Assembly: GCA_964636545.1 (NCBI GenBank)
Contig: CAZWSR010000002.1
Coordinates: 47,130 to 111,129, forward strand
Direction: 5' to 3'
From: Candidatus Undinarchaeota archaeon
GTDB taxonomy: Archaea > Undinarchaeota > Undinarchaeia > Undinarchaeales > UBA543
Length of the DNA stretch: 64,000 nt
Part shown: piece by piece, positions 19,791 through 30,007 of the stretch
Position numbering within the stretch: the first letter of the stretch is position 1
How the letters are laid out: each line of letters starts with the position of its first letter
Translations under genes and position numbers: made by a program
Notes under the pieces: model-generated
What the model was told of the DNA's origin: nothing
The model's input: the letters and a program-made list of their open reading frames with translations, nothing else
The model's database searches: none

Positions 19791-21028
19791 AGTCCAAAAA
19801 ACAACATAAACCAAACATTAATCCCAGCATAATACAACATCACTGGAACTAAAAAGAATGCCATACAATTCGCTCGTCTAACTTCTGCTAATGGTGCTAT
19901 CAAACCAATTAATGTACTTAAAACCAGTACCAAGAACCCAATACAACCAGTTAGCCAACAAACACTAACAACAATCAACAAAATAATTCCAACTGTAATC
20001 TTGTTATAAAACCCACCACTTCCACAAACTTTCATTGTCAAAAATCCACCGATTTTCAAATGCAGAAACAATGCAATACCACCAGCGGCTACTACAACCC
20101 CCAAAAATATTAACAAGTCTGCAAATCCAAAACTTTCAATAATTGTGTCAATTGCAATAACAATTCCAGATCGCATTTTTCCTAAAGTATACAGAACAAC
20201 TAATGTAAAAATTATATTTGCAGTATTCACACCACTTGCAGCCACCAGAAATTCTTTCACACCACCTTTCCGACTAACTTGCTGAACCAAATAAGTAGCT
20301 TGCGCCCCACCCAAACCAGGCAACATACCAACCAACATTCCTGCAACTGATCCCAAAAATGAATTCTTCAGCACACTCCACCCACCTAATGTAGCTTTTG
20401 CTCGAATCTGAACTGGAATAACACAATCTCCTTTCAAGCTCAGGAGCATTGTGCTGATTCCAAACATCCCAGAAAGCGCTGGAAAAATAATACCTGAGTC
20501 AAATAAACTACTATTCAACAAGAAAAATCCAAACAAACCAGCAGTTAGAAAAACAAAAAACCCTTTCACCAGCTTCTTTTCAGTTCCCAAACTAATACAG
20601 CACATAAAAATTAGCAGATAAAGAATATTCGGCTTTACAAATTCATAAACAATTGGCAATAGCTTGACAACTGGCAAAAACACAATTGCAGTTATCAGCA
20701 AGCTAACTAAACTTCCTAGACCAGTTAGTTTAATTGCTTCCAGCGCCCGGCCACTCAACAACATTCTATGTCCAGGCAAAACAGACAAAGCAGTTCCACT
20801 TTCCGGCGCTCCAAACAAAACACTTGGGATAAAATCCAGAAAAGTATGTGTCACACTCATTGCCATTATCATAACAGCAACAGAAATCGGGTCAAAACCA
20901 ACAAACACCGGCAGTGAAGCAACAACCAGTGTTGAAACCATGTTAATGTGAATTCCTGGCACTAGTCCGGTAATAATTCCCAGCCCGCAGCCTAGCAACA
21001 TGAACAACAATATTTCAATGAATAGCAT
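19787..21028 (-). CDS. Tripartite tricarboxylate transporter TctA-like permease (DUF112)
   Basis: GIITGLVPGIHIN, HTFLDFIPS..FGAP, SVLPGHR, GMLPGLG. Confidence 0.85.
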   Translation of the reverse strand: MLFIEILLFMLLGCGLGIITGLVPGIHINMVSTLVVASLPVFVGFDPISVAVMIMAMSVTHTFLDFIPSVLFGAPESGTALSVLPGHRMLLSGRALEAIKLTGLGSLVSLLITAIVFLPVVKLLPIVYEFVKPNILYLLIFMCCISLGTEKKLVKGFFVFLTAGLFGFFLLNSSLFDSGIIFPALSGMFGISTMLLSLKGDCVIPVQIRAKATLGGWSVLKNSFLGSVAGMLVGMLPGLGGAQATYLVQQVSRKGGVKEFLVAASGVNTANIIFTLVVLYTLGKMRSGIVIAIDTIIESFGFADLLIFLGVVVAAGGIALFLHLKIGGFLTMKVCGSGGFYNKITVGIILLIVVSVCWLTGCIGFLVLVLSTLIGLIAPLAEVRRANCMAFFLVPVMLYYAGINVWFMLFFGL

Positions 21029-21247
21029 AGCAAACTGGCGCGGTTTACTTGTTATAAAAGTTCATTAACTGGGGTGAGTTTATTGAGTTAATTTAAGTAA
21101 TATCACTTCTACCTACCCTACCTAACTCTGGCATTTCCTTTGTGTTTTTACTCTTACATTTTTTACATTTTGGTGGTTTATCCCCAAATATTCCTCTTCT
21201 TTTACCAGGAAATTCCTTACCACAGTTTTCACAAATCCACATGCTTG

Positions 21248-22414
21248 TCATAACAAACTCATTACAACGGGCAATGCTATAAAAGTTCCGATTATACTTC
21301 CCAAATTAGCAAAAGCAACAACTAACAAAATCCTAGTAACTTGATTTTTCCAATACGCTTTCACACTATCTAACTTATTCAAATTCTTAAAGTCCTTCAC
21401 TTTCGGATTTCTTATTTTTGCTTCAACATAACCAGCAAACCACCCAGCAGCTAACAAAGGATTAACTGAAGTAAATGGGGCAGCTAAAAATGCAGTCAGA
21501 ATTGACAAAGGATGTCCAAGTGCAATCAATGCACCAAGCGCCGACAAAGTTCCATTAATTAAAAACCACCACATCAACATATTCAAAGTTGTTCCCAAAC
21601 CTTTTGTAGCAAAACCATAAACTAATAAACCAAGCAGTAGCGCTGGAATAATCAACCCAGTCATCTTCAATTTCTTTTTCTTTCGCCGCCCCGGCGCCCC
21701 GGCGCCCCGATCACCCTGAACCAATTTAGTAAACTCAATCCTATGCGGCAAAGCTCGTTTCATTCCTTCAACATGTCCAGCACCAACAACAGCAACAATC
21801 TTCTTACCTTGAATTTTCTGCAGCATTCCAGCCATGTAAATATCTCGCTCATCAACCAGAATCCGCTTAACACTTGGGGCAGTTCTTGCTAATTCCTCCA
21901 TTGCATCTGCCAAACCTTCACCTTCTTTCAACTTCTCAACAAATTCTTCATCAATATCTGCAGACAAAGTATCAAAAAACAGAGATTTCACAACCCTGGC
22001 CTTTTCTATCAAAGACATGGAATTAAATGCTCGCTTCAAAGTAATTTGCACATCTCTATCTAAGAAAACCAGTTTTGATTTATATTTCTCAGCAGCTTCA
22101 ATTGCACTAAGCATCTCTGCGCCAGGCTCAATTCCAAGATCTTTTCCAATTTTCTTTTGAATATTTGATAAAATCAAACTTGACAAAAACAAATATGTTT
22201 GTCCATCTTTGATAACTTGCTTAATTTCAGTGTTCTGCCAACTTTCTTTATTTTTCAGTGCATGATAACGGTTTGCATCAAGTTCAATTGCTACAATATC
22301 TGGCTTTTCTGTCTTGATAATCTCCGCAACTTCGTCCCGACTCTTTTTTGAAACATGCGCAGTCCCGACTAGAATAATCTCCTTTCCATTGTGTTCAATT
22401 TTCTCCACTGACAA
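21248..22414 (-). CDS. TraB/GumN (pheromone-shutdown TraB-like) protein
   Basis: ILVGTAHVS, AIELD, PGAEM, LVDERD, VVGAGH; C-terminal TM region. Confidence 0.9.
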   Translation of the reverse strand: MSVEKIEHNGKEIILVGTAHVSKKSRDEVAEIIKTEKPDIVAIELDANRYHALKNKESWQNTEIKQVIKDGQTYLFLSSLILSNIQKKIGKDLGIEPGAEMLSAIEAAEKYKSKLVFLDRDVQITLKRAFNSMSLIEKARVVKSLFFDTLSADIDEEFVEKLKEGEGLADAMEELARTAPSVKRILVDERDIYMAGMLQKIQGKKIVAVVGAGHVEGMKRALPHRIEFTKLVQGDRGAGAPGRRKKKKLKMTGLIIPALLLGLLVYGFATKGLGTTLNMLMWWFLINGTLSALGALIALGHPLSILTAFLAAPFTSVNPLLAAGWFAGYVEAKIRNPKVKDFKNLNKLDSVKAYWKNQVTRILLVVAFANLGSIIGTFIALPVVMSLL

Positions 22415-22757
22415 CTAAAACATCTCCTATTTTACTCGGTATTATTTCCAGCTCTCCCTTATATTCTTTTATCTCCCCAGTAACTGTTACAAAATCATCA
22501 ATTTTCAGAACAGGCATATTGCTTTTGAAACCAAACAACTTCAATTCACTATCTTCAAACTGAGCCACGACTACACTATCAAAAATATTTACACTTTCAA
22601 TAGTCCCGTTCACAGTAACAACTTTCCCCATCAACTCATCAGTAACTTCACTCAATTCAAAAATTGGTGGATCGTGATGTGCGCAAGCAAACCACAAAAT
22701 AGTAATTCCAATAACTGAAGTAACTACAGCAAGCATCAGCAAGGTTCTATCTTCCAT
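22395..22757 (-). CDS. Membrane-anchored OB-fold protein
   Basis: N-terminal TM; VTVNGTI...VTVTGEIKEYKGELEI. Confidence 0.75.
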   Translation of the reverse strand: MEDRTLLMLAVVTSVIGITILWFACAHHDPPIFELSEVTDELMGKVVTVNGTIESVNIFDSVVVAQFEDSELKLFGFKSNMPVLKIDDFVTVTGEIKEYKGELEIIPSKIGDVLVVSGEN

Positions 22758-22819
22758 ACGCTAGCGCTCACTTTATACTTTATAAAATTTCACCAACTCA
22801 GTGGAGTTTATTTTAATAG

Positions 22820-22892
22820 AGCCTCGGGAGAGATTTGAACTCCCGACCTTCGCTTTACGAGAGCGACGCTCTACGAACTGAGCTACCGAGGC
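22820..22892 (-). tRNA. tRNA-Thr(CGT)
   Basis: Acceptor GCCTCGG/CCGAGGC; anticodon arm TCGCT-CTCGTAA-AGCGA; T loop TTCAAAT. Confidence 0.92.
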
Positions 22893-22928
22893 ACAACTAA
22901 ATTTCTATTTTCACTACTATAAAACTGT

Positions 22929-23387
22929 TTACAACGCAAATAAATTCAAAATGCCCAAACTCGCTAAACTAACCAGAATTCCAGCAATTGTTATTCCAAT
23001 TGCAACTGCAATCATTGCTTTTTTCTTTTCCATTCCTAGCAAATGTGCAGCCAAAGCACCAGAATATGCCCCTGTCCCAGGCAAAGGCACACCAACAAAC
23101 AAGGCCAAACCAAGCAATCCATATTTATCAACATACTTGCTTGCTTTCTTATCTATTTTCACTAGTCTTTTCTTAAACCAAGGCCCAAAAACTGGAATTT
23201 CTTGTGCTAGATCAAAAACAAACGGCAACACAGCAAACAAAACCGGTATCAATAGCAGGTTAAATGCAATACACGAAACAATAACAAGTAGTGGGCTAAT
23301 CCCAGCAGCCATTCCAAATGGTATAGATCCTCGCAATTCAATAAATGGTGTCACAGTTATTACAAGCATCCACAAGTACGGATTCAT
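22929..23387 (-). CDS. COG2426 putative small multidrug export membrane protein
   Basis: PFIELRGSIP and FVGVPLPGTGAYSG motifs. Confidence 0.88.
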   Translation of the reverse strand: MNPYLWMLVITVTPFIELRGSIPFGMAAGISPLLVIVSCIAFNLLLIPVLFAVLPFVFDLAQEIPVFGPWFKKRLVKIDKKASKYVDKYGLLGLALFVGVPLPGTGAYSGALAAHLLGMEKKKAMIAVAIGITIAGILVSLASLGILNLFAL

Positions 23388-23425
23388 CAAAAGATTTAAA
23401 TCAGGTCAGTATAAAAACTCTTCTC

Positions 23426-23770
23426 ATGCATATTCAATTAAAATCAGGGACAGCGTCACTTAATGCAAAAGTTGCAGAAACAAATTTCCAGAAAATCCGC
23501 GGACACATGTTCAAACTCAAAACTGACCCACTATTCTTTGAATTCAATCGCGAATCAACTTTTGACAGCGCCGTGCATATGTTCTTTGTTTTCAAAGCAC
23601 TTGATTTAGTTTACATCAATTCCGCTTGGAAAATTGTTGATATCCAAAAAGCACTTCCTTTCTTCCCATACTATTCTCCAGCCAAACCAGCAAAATATCT
23701 AGTTGAACTTCCATCTGGTATGTCTAAAAATTTCAAAATAGGCGATCAATTGAAGTTTGAGTATTTCTAA
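23426..23770 (+). CDS. DUF192 family protein
   Basis: GHMF, VHMFFVFKALDLVYI, AKYLVELP. Confidence 0.85.
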   Translation: MHIQLKSGTASLNAKVAETNFQKIRGHMFKLKTDPLFFEFNRESTFDSAVHMFFVFKALDLVYINSAWKIVDIQKALPFFPYYSPAKPAKYLVELPSGMSKNFKIGDQLKFEYF

Positions 23771-24514
23771 TTACTTCCAAGGATTTTTAGCCGGAGCTTT
23801 TTTGTAATTCACTTTGTCTTTGCTAATAGCTGAAGCTGTTTTCTTTGTTTCACTTGAAAGTGTTTTCACTTCAGAATGCATCTGCTTCATATCATCTCTC
23901 AGTGTCTTAATCGTATCTCTCAATGATCCAACCTCACTGGAAAGTTTCAATGAACCAACATCAGGTTTTGACTGAGCTTCTATTAAATTCTGCTTAATAC
24001 TTTCCAATTCTTTCTTCAGAGTTTCTTCCCGCTCTTTCTTGTCCTTCACCTTCAAAACATCTTTCAGTCTACCGCTTTCTGGCAAAGTAGCAACAAGATC
24101 TTTTATCTGAGCCTTTGTTCCATCAAGCTGTGCTTTCCATTGTTCTGCAGTAGCTTTTTCTTCATCTTCAAGTAATTTCATCTTGGTCAAGGTCTCTTCC
24201 ATTTTTGTAGTAAAATCATTGAGTTTTGACAAATCCTTGACAATTTTGTCATACTCATCAACTTTCATAAAGAGTGGTAAATTAGCAACCTCTTTTGTAT
24301 TCAGTGCTGGAGTTGCTGGTGGTTTTGAAGGGGCTTTCTTTTTAGCTGGTGATTTTGCGGCCGGAGGCTTAGGTGCTGCGGGTGGCTTTGGCGCTGGCGG
24401 TAGCATTGGCTTCTTCATTGGAGCCACTGGCTTCTTTGGCACAGGCGGCAAATCCTTCTCTAATTCTTTCAAGAGTTCATCGTCATTTTTCTTTTTGTGG
24501 TGGAACAATCCCAT
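23771..24514 (-). CDS. Pro/Lys-rich, coiled-coil hypothetical protein
   Basis: Low-complexity N-terminus, PLFMKVDEY motif, then heptad coiled coils. Confidence 0.7.
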   Translation of the reverse strand: MGLFHHKKKNDDELLKELEKDLPPVPKKPVAPMKKPMLPPAPKPPAAPKPPAAKSPAKKKAPSKPPATPALNTKEVANLPLFMKVDEYDKIVKDLSKLNDFTTKMEETLTKMKLLEDEEKATAEQWKAQLDGTKAQIKDLVATLPESGRLKDVLKVKDKKEREETLKKELESIKQNLIEAQSKPDVGSLKLSSEVGSLRDTIKTLRDDMKQMHSEVKTLSSETKKTASAISKDKVNYKKAPAKNPWK

Positions 24515-24557
24515 TTAAATCACCTATAAACATCATACTTGTTTTGGGCTTATAAAT

Positions 24558-26729
24558 CTACTCCCCATATTTCTCACTAACAACTTTCCGTATATTTTGC
24601 GCTTTCTTCTCCCCAATCTTGTCAATCTTCATCAAATTAGTTTCACTTGCAGTAACAATTTTCTCAACACTTCCAAATTTCTCAAGCAATCGTTTTGCCA
24701 AACTAGGTCCAACTTTCGGCAATGATTCAATAATAAACTGTTGCTGTTCCTTCATCAAAATAGGAACTCGTTCACTTCGCAATGCAACTTCTTTTTTATT
24801 GTCAAATTGCTCCCTTCCTGCAAGCACTTTCAAAAAACCAGCAGTGTCTTGCACATCTTCAGTATAAACAATTGGGATTCCATAATCAATAGCAAGCGAG
24901 GATAAAGCACCTCTAATCGCATTTGGATGAATATTTCGTTTTCCATGTAATCTATCTCCTTCAACAATCAATAACGGTTTTTCAAAAACCCTAGAAAGAG
25001 ATGCTGCTTGTTTCATCAATCGTCCGTCAATCAGTGATTGCAGAAAATCATCAACACTTTTCCGCTCAATCCCAACCCTTTCCGAAACCTGAAAATCAGC
25101 AACATCTAATAATTTCATTCGAACTTCAACACCATTATTTGATAATTCTTTCAGTATTCCAGAACCAGACTCTCGTGAATCAGCAAAAATAACTGGCATA
25201 TTTGATTCTTTTTTCTGAAACCTATCTAAAGTCTTCTGTCCAACCCCCTTTCCCTTGAAACTATTAAGTGCGGTTTTCATATTCTTTTCTTTCCGTCTTG
25301 CCGCCCAATAATATGCTTCATCTCTTGTGCCTTTTGTAATCAACATTGAAACGCGACCAGGCGCGTGCCTTGCGGTTCTGCCTGCTCTCTGGATACTCCT
25401 AATTGCGCTTGGAACTGACTCATAAAAAACAATATGATCAACTGATGGAATATCTAATCCTTCTTCCCCAACTGAAGTTGCAACAAGCACATTGTATTTT
25501 CCTTCCCTAAAATCATCTAATCGTTTTATTTGCTCTTTCTGAGAAATCCCCTTTCCTGCTTTCCCTTCTGACTGACCAATAAGTTTTCCTGCAGTAATTC
25601 CATTTTCCTCTAAAAGTTTCATTACACTATCAACACTTGCTCGATAATGCGCAAAAACAATTGTTTTCTCAGCTGGTTCAAGAATTTCAATCAACTTCGC
25701 CAACTTAGGATGCTCAACTCCTGCATCCTTCATTAAACCAACTTGCCAAATAGCTTCCTTAAACTCAGGATTCACAAGCAAGTTCTTTGCAGCTTTTGAA
25801 CTATCTGACCTCATTTTATCAAAATAAGCAACAAGTGGGGCAATCCCTTGCGTTTCCAACATTTCTTGAGCATGATTTATTTTCATTACAGCAGCTAGGG
25901 CAGAAATATATTGGTACAAATCAGTATTCTGCGCAGCATCTCTTGCCAACTCGCCTTGCAATCTCAAAACTTCTCTTTTCCTTAAATAATTTACATTTTC
26001 ACTTTTGATAATCTCACCTTTTTTCAAGAATCTTAAATAACTTTTCAAAACCGACTCCAACAATGATTTAACTTTTGTAAAATCTTTTGGCAATTCAACT
26101 TCAATGTGCTTGAATGCTCTATGTTTTACATATGGCCGCACCTCTTCATCATCCCGATCTCGCGCTTCCACTTTGTCAATGTAAAGTGCATTACAAATTT
26201 GCTCAATGCTTTGTTTATCAGTTCCAGGCGACGCAGTCAGTGCCAATATCCTCTGATTTGCATCACTTTCAATATATTTTTTTGCAATAAATGGATATGG
26301 ATATTCTCCAACGGCTCGGTGTGCTTCATCAAAAATCACTAAAACAAACTCACTCAGGTCTAGTTTTTTTGTAATCAAATCATTTTGAATGACTTGTGGA
26401 GTTGCGAATATGAAGTCTGAGTCTTTGTAATTGTTCTCTCGTTTTCCAGGAAGTGTCTGACCTGTAAAAACTTGAAAATTATCATCACTTAGGTTAAATG
26501 CTTCTTTCCAGGTTGTGCAGTGCTGTTCAACAAGCGGTCTAGTCGGAGCCATAAACAGAACTTTACCTTTTAATTTCTCAGCTCTGTGAGCAGCCAACAT
26601 GGCGGCAATATGTGTTTTTCCCAAACCAGTTGGCAAAACAACCAGAGTATTCGCTGTAGTAGCTGTGTTAAAAATACTCTCTTGATACAATCGCGGCTTA
26701 AGCCCAGCCGGATCCATTATTCCTCCCAT
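24558..26729 (-). CDS. hef: Hef: DEAH helicase fused to an ERCC4/XPF nuclease and HhH
   Basis: LPTGLGKT, DEAH, TASPG, GEEGLDI, QRAGRT; DSRE, ERKS..DF; HhH PKVGP. Confidence 0.95.
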   Translation of the reverse strand: MGGIMDPAGLKPRLYQESIFNTATTANTLVVLPTGLGKTHIAAMLAAHRAEKLKGKVLFMAPTRPLVEQHCTTWKEAFNLSDDNFQVFTGQTLPGKRENNYKDSDFIFATPQVIQNDLITKKLDLSEFVLVIFDEAHRAVGEYPYPFIAKKYIESDANQRILALTASPGTDKQSIEQICNALYIDKVEARDRDDEEVRPYVKHRAFKHIEVELPKDFTKVKSLLESVLKSYLRFLKKGEIIKSENVNYLRKREVLRLQGELARDAAQNTDLYQYISALAAVMKINHAQEMLETQGIAPLVAYFDKMRSDSSKAAKNLLVNPEFKEAIWQVGLMKDAGVEHPKLAKLIEILEPAEKTIVFAHYRASVDSVMKLLEENGITAGKLIGQSEGKAGKGISQKEQIKRLDDFREGKYNVLVATSVGEEGLDIPSVDHIVFYESVPSAIRSIQRAGRTARHAPGRVSMLITKGTRDEAYYWAARRKEKNMKTALNSFKGKGVGQKTLDRFQKKESNMPVIFADSRESGSGILKELSNNGVEVRMKLLDVADFQVSERVGIERKSVDDFLQSLIDGRLMKQAASLSRVFEKPLLIVEGDRLHGKRNIHPNAIRGALSSLAIDYGIPIVYTEDVQDTAGFLKVLAGREQFDNKKEVALRSERVPILMKEQQQFIIESLPKVGPSLAKRLLEKFGSVEKIVTASETNLMKIDKIGEKKAQNIRKVVSEKYGE

Positions 26730-26808
26730 ACTATTCCTTGAATGCAGTTACATATATTCTTATTGCCACTCGAAAAAGTTTAAAACCACCCCCTCCTAAA
26801 TCATTATC

Positions 26809-27042
26809 ATGCGCAAAAAAGCAATTCGAAAACTCAAACAGCTTCGCAAATCTAAAGAGATTTCTTCTTGGTTCAATGCTTTCTCAAACAACATCCTGCC
26901 TCCAGTCTTTTTCCTTTTCGTTGCAACTGTTGCCTTGCACTTCATTCCAAAGGTTTCAAACATGTTTCTCCGCACTAACCTTGGTATAATATCGCTAGCC
27001 TCCGCCGGACTTTCACTTTACATAATCACCCTCATGTTCTAA
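26809..27042 (+). CDS. Small basic 2-TM membrane protein
   Basis: ATG-started 77-aa ORF with TATA-like TTTAAAA upstream. Confidence 0.55.
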   Translation: MRKKAIRKLKQLRKSKEISSWFNAFSNNILPPVFFLFVATVALHFIPKVSNMFLRTNLGIISLASAGLSLYIITLMF

Positions 27043-27080
27043 CTCAAAATCTTTATATATGGCTTACAGTAACTCTTAAT

Positions 27081-27668
27081 ATGGGAATTAGATCTATTAT
27101 AAAGAAAGTAGCCGGAGGGCTCAAGGAATCAATTGGTCTTGGTAAATCCAAGGACCCAGACGCTGATTTTGGTATGGATGAGGTTGGAGAAGTTCCAGCA
27201 GAAGCACTTGACGAAACTATTTCTGAAGAAACTGATGAATTACCAGAATTGGCACCAGAACTACAGGAATCTGAACCTGAAGAAGAACCCGCAGCTGAAG
27301 AAACTGGTTCAGAAGAACCTGCTGAAGAAGAAACACTCGATGATTTAGATGATCTTGATGAATCCACAGAAGAAGCTCCAGTGAAAGATACAGAAACTGA
27401 TGTGGAAGAAACTGACTCTCTTGACGAAGAACCAGTTGAAGAATCTGTTGAAGACCTCGAAGAAGAACCAAAACCAGCTGAAGAAGAACCAGCACCAACC
27501 TCTCCAGAAGTTGAATCAAAAATAGAATCACTTGAATCTCGTCTTGCTTATCAGAAATCAGAAATGGACCGGTTCACAGAGCAAATCTCTTTCCTGAACC
27601 AGAAAATCGACCATCTTCAGGAAGAGCAAATGGAACTTGAACAACAGTCCAAACACAAAGAAGAATAA
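27081..27668 (+). CDS. Highly acidic protein with C-terminal coiled coil
   Basis: E/D/P-rich middle region; heptad C-terminus. Confidence 0.75.
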   Translation: MGIRSIIKKVAGGLKESIGLGKSKDPDADFGMDEVGEVPAEALDETISEETDELPELAPELQESEPEEEPAAEETGSEEPAEEETLDDLDDLDESTEEAPVKDTETDVEETDSLDEEPVEESVEDLEEEPKPAEEEPAPTSPEVESKIESLESRLAYQKSEMDRFTEQISFLNQKIDHLQEEQMELEQQSKHKEE

Positions 27669-27670
27669 TC

Positions 27671-28282
27671 ATGGCACCAACTAAGAAGGGAAAATCCATT
27701 TTCCTTCATTACGAAACCGCATTCCTCGCTGTTATACTGGTTGCCGCACTTGTAATCACAACAACTCTTTTCTTTCTTCTCTGGAATTTCTTAAAAATCG
27801 GCTTTGTCTGGATTATCTGTTTCCTGATTTTCTTTATGATCCGCAAAACAAATCTGTGGAAATTTTCTATTGAGGTTCACTTTTTCATGATTTTCGTGAC
27901 GACGTTTGTTTTTGGATGGCTGTTTTCTGTTTCCCTTTTCATTGTAACACTTTTTGTTGTTGTCAAATTTTTTCGTCCAGATGAGTTACAAGGTGCTATC
28001 ATAAACCTCGTTTGTCTTGCAATTGTGACTGGTTTGACTGTCTACCTTGCATCTGTCTATGGTATGACAATTGCTGCCTCGACATTTGTTTGGGTGGCTA
28101 CTGCTGTTGTGGCGATTGGTATTGTTCTTGACTATCTCATGATTCTTCGAATATTTCCCTTCATGTGGATGAAACTCACAATGATGCACATTCTTGAATG
28201 TTTTTTACAATACTATTTTATCTCTGCAATTGGTTTCAAAATTTTCAAATTTCTTCTTTCAGTCAAAACTGCTACACCATAA
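27671..28282 (+). CDS. Multi-TM membrane protein, paralogue A (FFRPDELQG family)
   Basis: 6-7 TM helices; shares LH.ET, WK..IE and VVKFFRPDELQG with 28434-29054. Confidence 0.75.
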   Translation: MAPTKKGKSIFLHYETAFLAVILVAALVITTTLFFLLWNFLKIGFVWIICFLIFFMIRKTNLWKFSIEVHFFMIFVTTFVFGWLFSVSLFIVTLFVVVKFFRPDELQGAIINLVCLAIVTGLTVYLASVYGMTIAASTFVWVATAVVAIGIVLDYLMILRIFPFMWMKLTMMHILECFLQYYFISAIGFKIFKFLLSVKTATP

Positions 28283-28303
28283 GATTTGTAGAAATTGGTT
28301 AAA

Positions 28304-28382
28304 GGCAGTAGGTAGAAGGCAGGGGGCAGTAGGTCAATTCCACTGCCTAGTGCCTATTACCCAGTGCCCGAACAAATTTCTC
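28304..28382. repeat. 79-bp heptamer-built REP-like element, copy 1
   Basis: 72/79 identical to 29929-30007; imperfect hairpin of GGCAGTA/TACTGCC-type units. Confidence 0.85.
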
Positions 28383-28433
28383 CACCACTACCATAGAAAT
28401 CTATATTAATACCTAACATTATTAACTTTTTAA

Positions 28434-29054
28434 GTGAGCACTACGAATAATTTCTCACTTGCCGAACCTGGGGGACAAAAAAACATACTTTTGCACAAGG
28501 AAACTGTCCTCATCATAGGGCTAATCCTAGCTTCCTTAATTCTTGTCTCAGTTTTCTTCTCATTTTTATGGGCACAATTTAAATTCGGATTTGTTTTCCT
28601 ACTTGCTTGGCTACTTATTGTCATAACCCGCAGAACAGACTCTTGGAAAATGGGAATTGAATGTTATTATGTTTTCACATTATTATTTGCATTTGCCTTC
28701 AATGGATGGATTGCGTTTTTCATGTCAACTTCAGCACTATTGTTTGTTGTCAAGTTTTTCCGCCCAGATGAACTCCAAGGAACCCTGACACAAATCTCTG
28801 GAATCGCTGGAATAGCCGCAACAACACACTACTTTTCAGCATATTACGGTCCTGCAATAACTCAATCTCAACTTTTGTTTGTCGGCATTCTCTTATTCGG
28901 CATCTGGGACTTTGTCCGATTCCTTGTTGCTTTGAAAATCTCTCCTGCACATTGGGTCAAACTCTTTGCTTCCTTCATCACAGGAATTTTCATTAATTAT
29001 TTCTACTACATTACATTCGCATACCCACTTCTACAATTCCTCTTGTCCGTCTAA
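28434..29054 (+). CDS. Multi-TM membrane protein, paralogue B
   Basis: Paralogue of 27671-28282. Confidence 0.75.
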   Translation: MSTTNNFSLAEPGGQKNILLHKETVLIIGLILASLILVSVFFSFLWAQFKFGFVFLLAWLLIVITRRTDSWKMGIECYYVFTLLFAFAFNGWIAFFMSTSALLFVVKFFRPDELQGTLTQISGIAGIAATTHYFSAYYGPAITQSQLLFVGILLFGIWDFVRFLVALKISPAHWVKLFASFITGIFINYFYYITFAYPLLQFLLSV

Positions 29055-29103
29055 ACCCTAACTATTTTAAACCCACATTACTAACATTGTTGAGGGGAGA
29101 ATA

Positions 29104-29919
29104 ATGAAAAAAATCTTAATTGCACTAATAATACTCTTGATAGCGGTTCCACTTTGTTTTGCAGTAGGCAGTCGAATTGTACTTGTAGCTAACACAATTG
29201 ATTATGCAAATGCTGGTGACCTTGTTGAGCACTTGGATTCTAATGGAAGGCCAGTTTTGCACATAACAGCACAACAATTAGATGCTCACAACCAGGAGCG
29301 ATTTATCATAATCTTGGGTGGGCCTGATGCACCAGAAGGAATTGGAAATCAAGTTCAAGAAATTCTCCCAGAAAACGAGCAGGAGTTCCTACGAGAACTC
29401 AAAAACAACAAGCTAATGTTTGCAACAACAAATGTGTGGCGCAAAGGACAAATCGTTGTTGTTATGGCTGGTAATGACAGAAACGGAACAAAAAATACAA
29501 TGATTGAAAACAAAGATTCTGTACTTTCTGAACTAACTGAATCTCGTGCAAACACACTTGCTGAAAACACAGATAACATTGAACTGAATATTGAGGATTT
29601 CAATTATTCACTCAACAGATCTGACGGCTACTGGTATTTCCACTGGGTTGAATACACTTTGACGCACGATGACACAGAAAGCATTCAGCCAATGATTGAT
29701 GTTGAACTAAAACGCAAACTTGGCCTTAAATACAATTCAGTTTTCCTAAACACAAATGTTACTCATTTTGATTCACTTTTCAAACCAAATGACAAATGGA
29801 TTGACACGCACACTGAAGATGTGAAACTAATTGTTGGCAAGTACAAAATGATTGTGAGATTACGGGATGGCGCGGACTCAACTGTAATCAAAGAAGATGT
29901 TGAGGAGTTTGAGATTTAA
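29104..29919 (+). CDS. Secreted or surface protein with an IIILGGPDA (S-layer/cell-wall-binding-like) domain
   Basis: Signal peptide MKKILIAL; VLVANTID, ILGGPDA, AGNDR motifs. Confidence 0.7.
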   Translation: MKKILIALIILLIAVPLCFAVGSRIVLVANTIDYANAGDLVEHLDSNGRPVLHITAQQLDAHNQERFIIILGGPDAPEGIGNQVQEILPENEQEFLRELKNNKLMFATTNVWRKGQIVVVMAGNDRNGTKNTMIENKDSVLSELTESRANTLAENTDNIELNIEDFNYSLNRSDGYWYFHWVEYTLTHDDTESIQPMIDVELKRKLGLKYNSVFLNTNVTHFDSLFKPNDKWIDTHTEDVKLIVGKYKMIVRLRDGADSTVIKEDVEEFEI

Positions 29920-29928
29920 GTTTTTACG

Positions 29929-30007
29929 GGCAGTAGGTAGTAGGCAGGGGGTAGTAGGTCTGTTCCACTGCCTAGTGCCAACTACCCAGTGCCTGAACAA
30001 ATTTCTC
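29929..30007. repeat. 79-bp heptamer-built REP-like element, copy 2
   Basis: Direct repeat of 28304-28382; lies between convergent genes. Confidence 0.85.
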
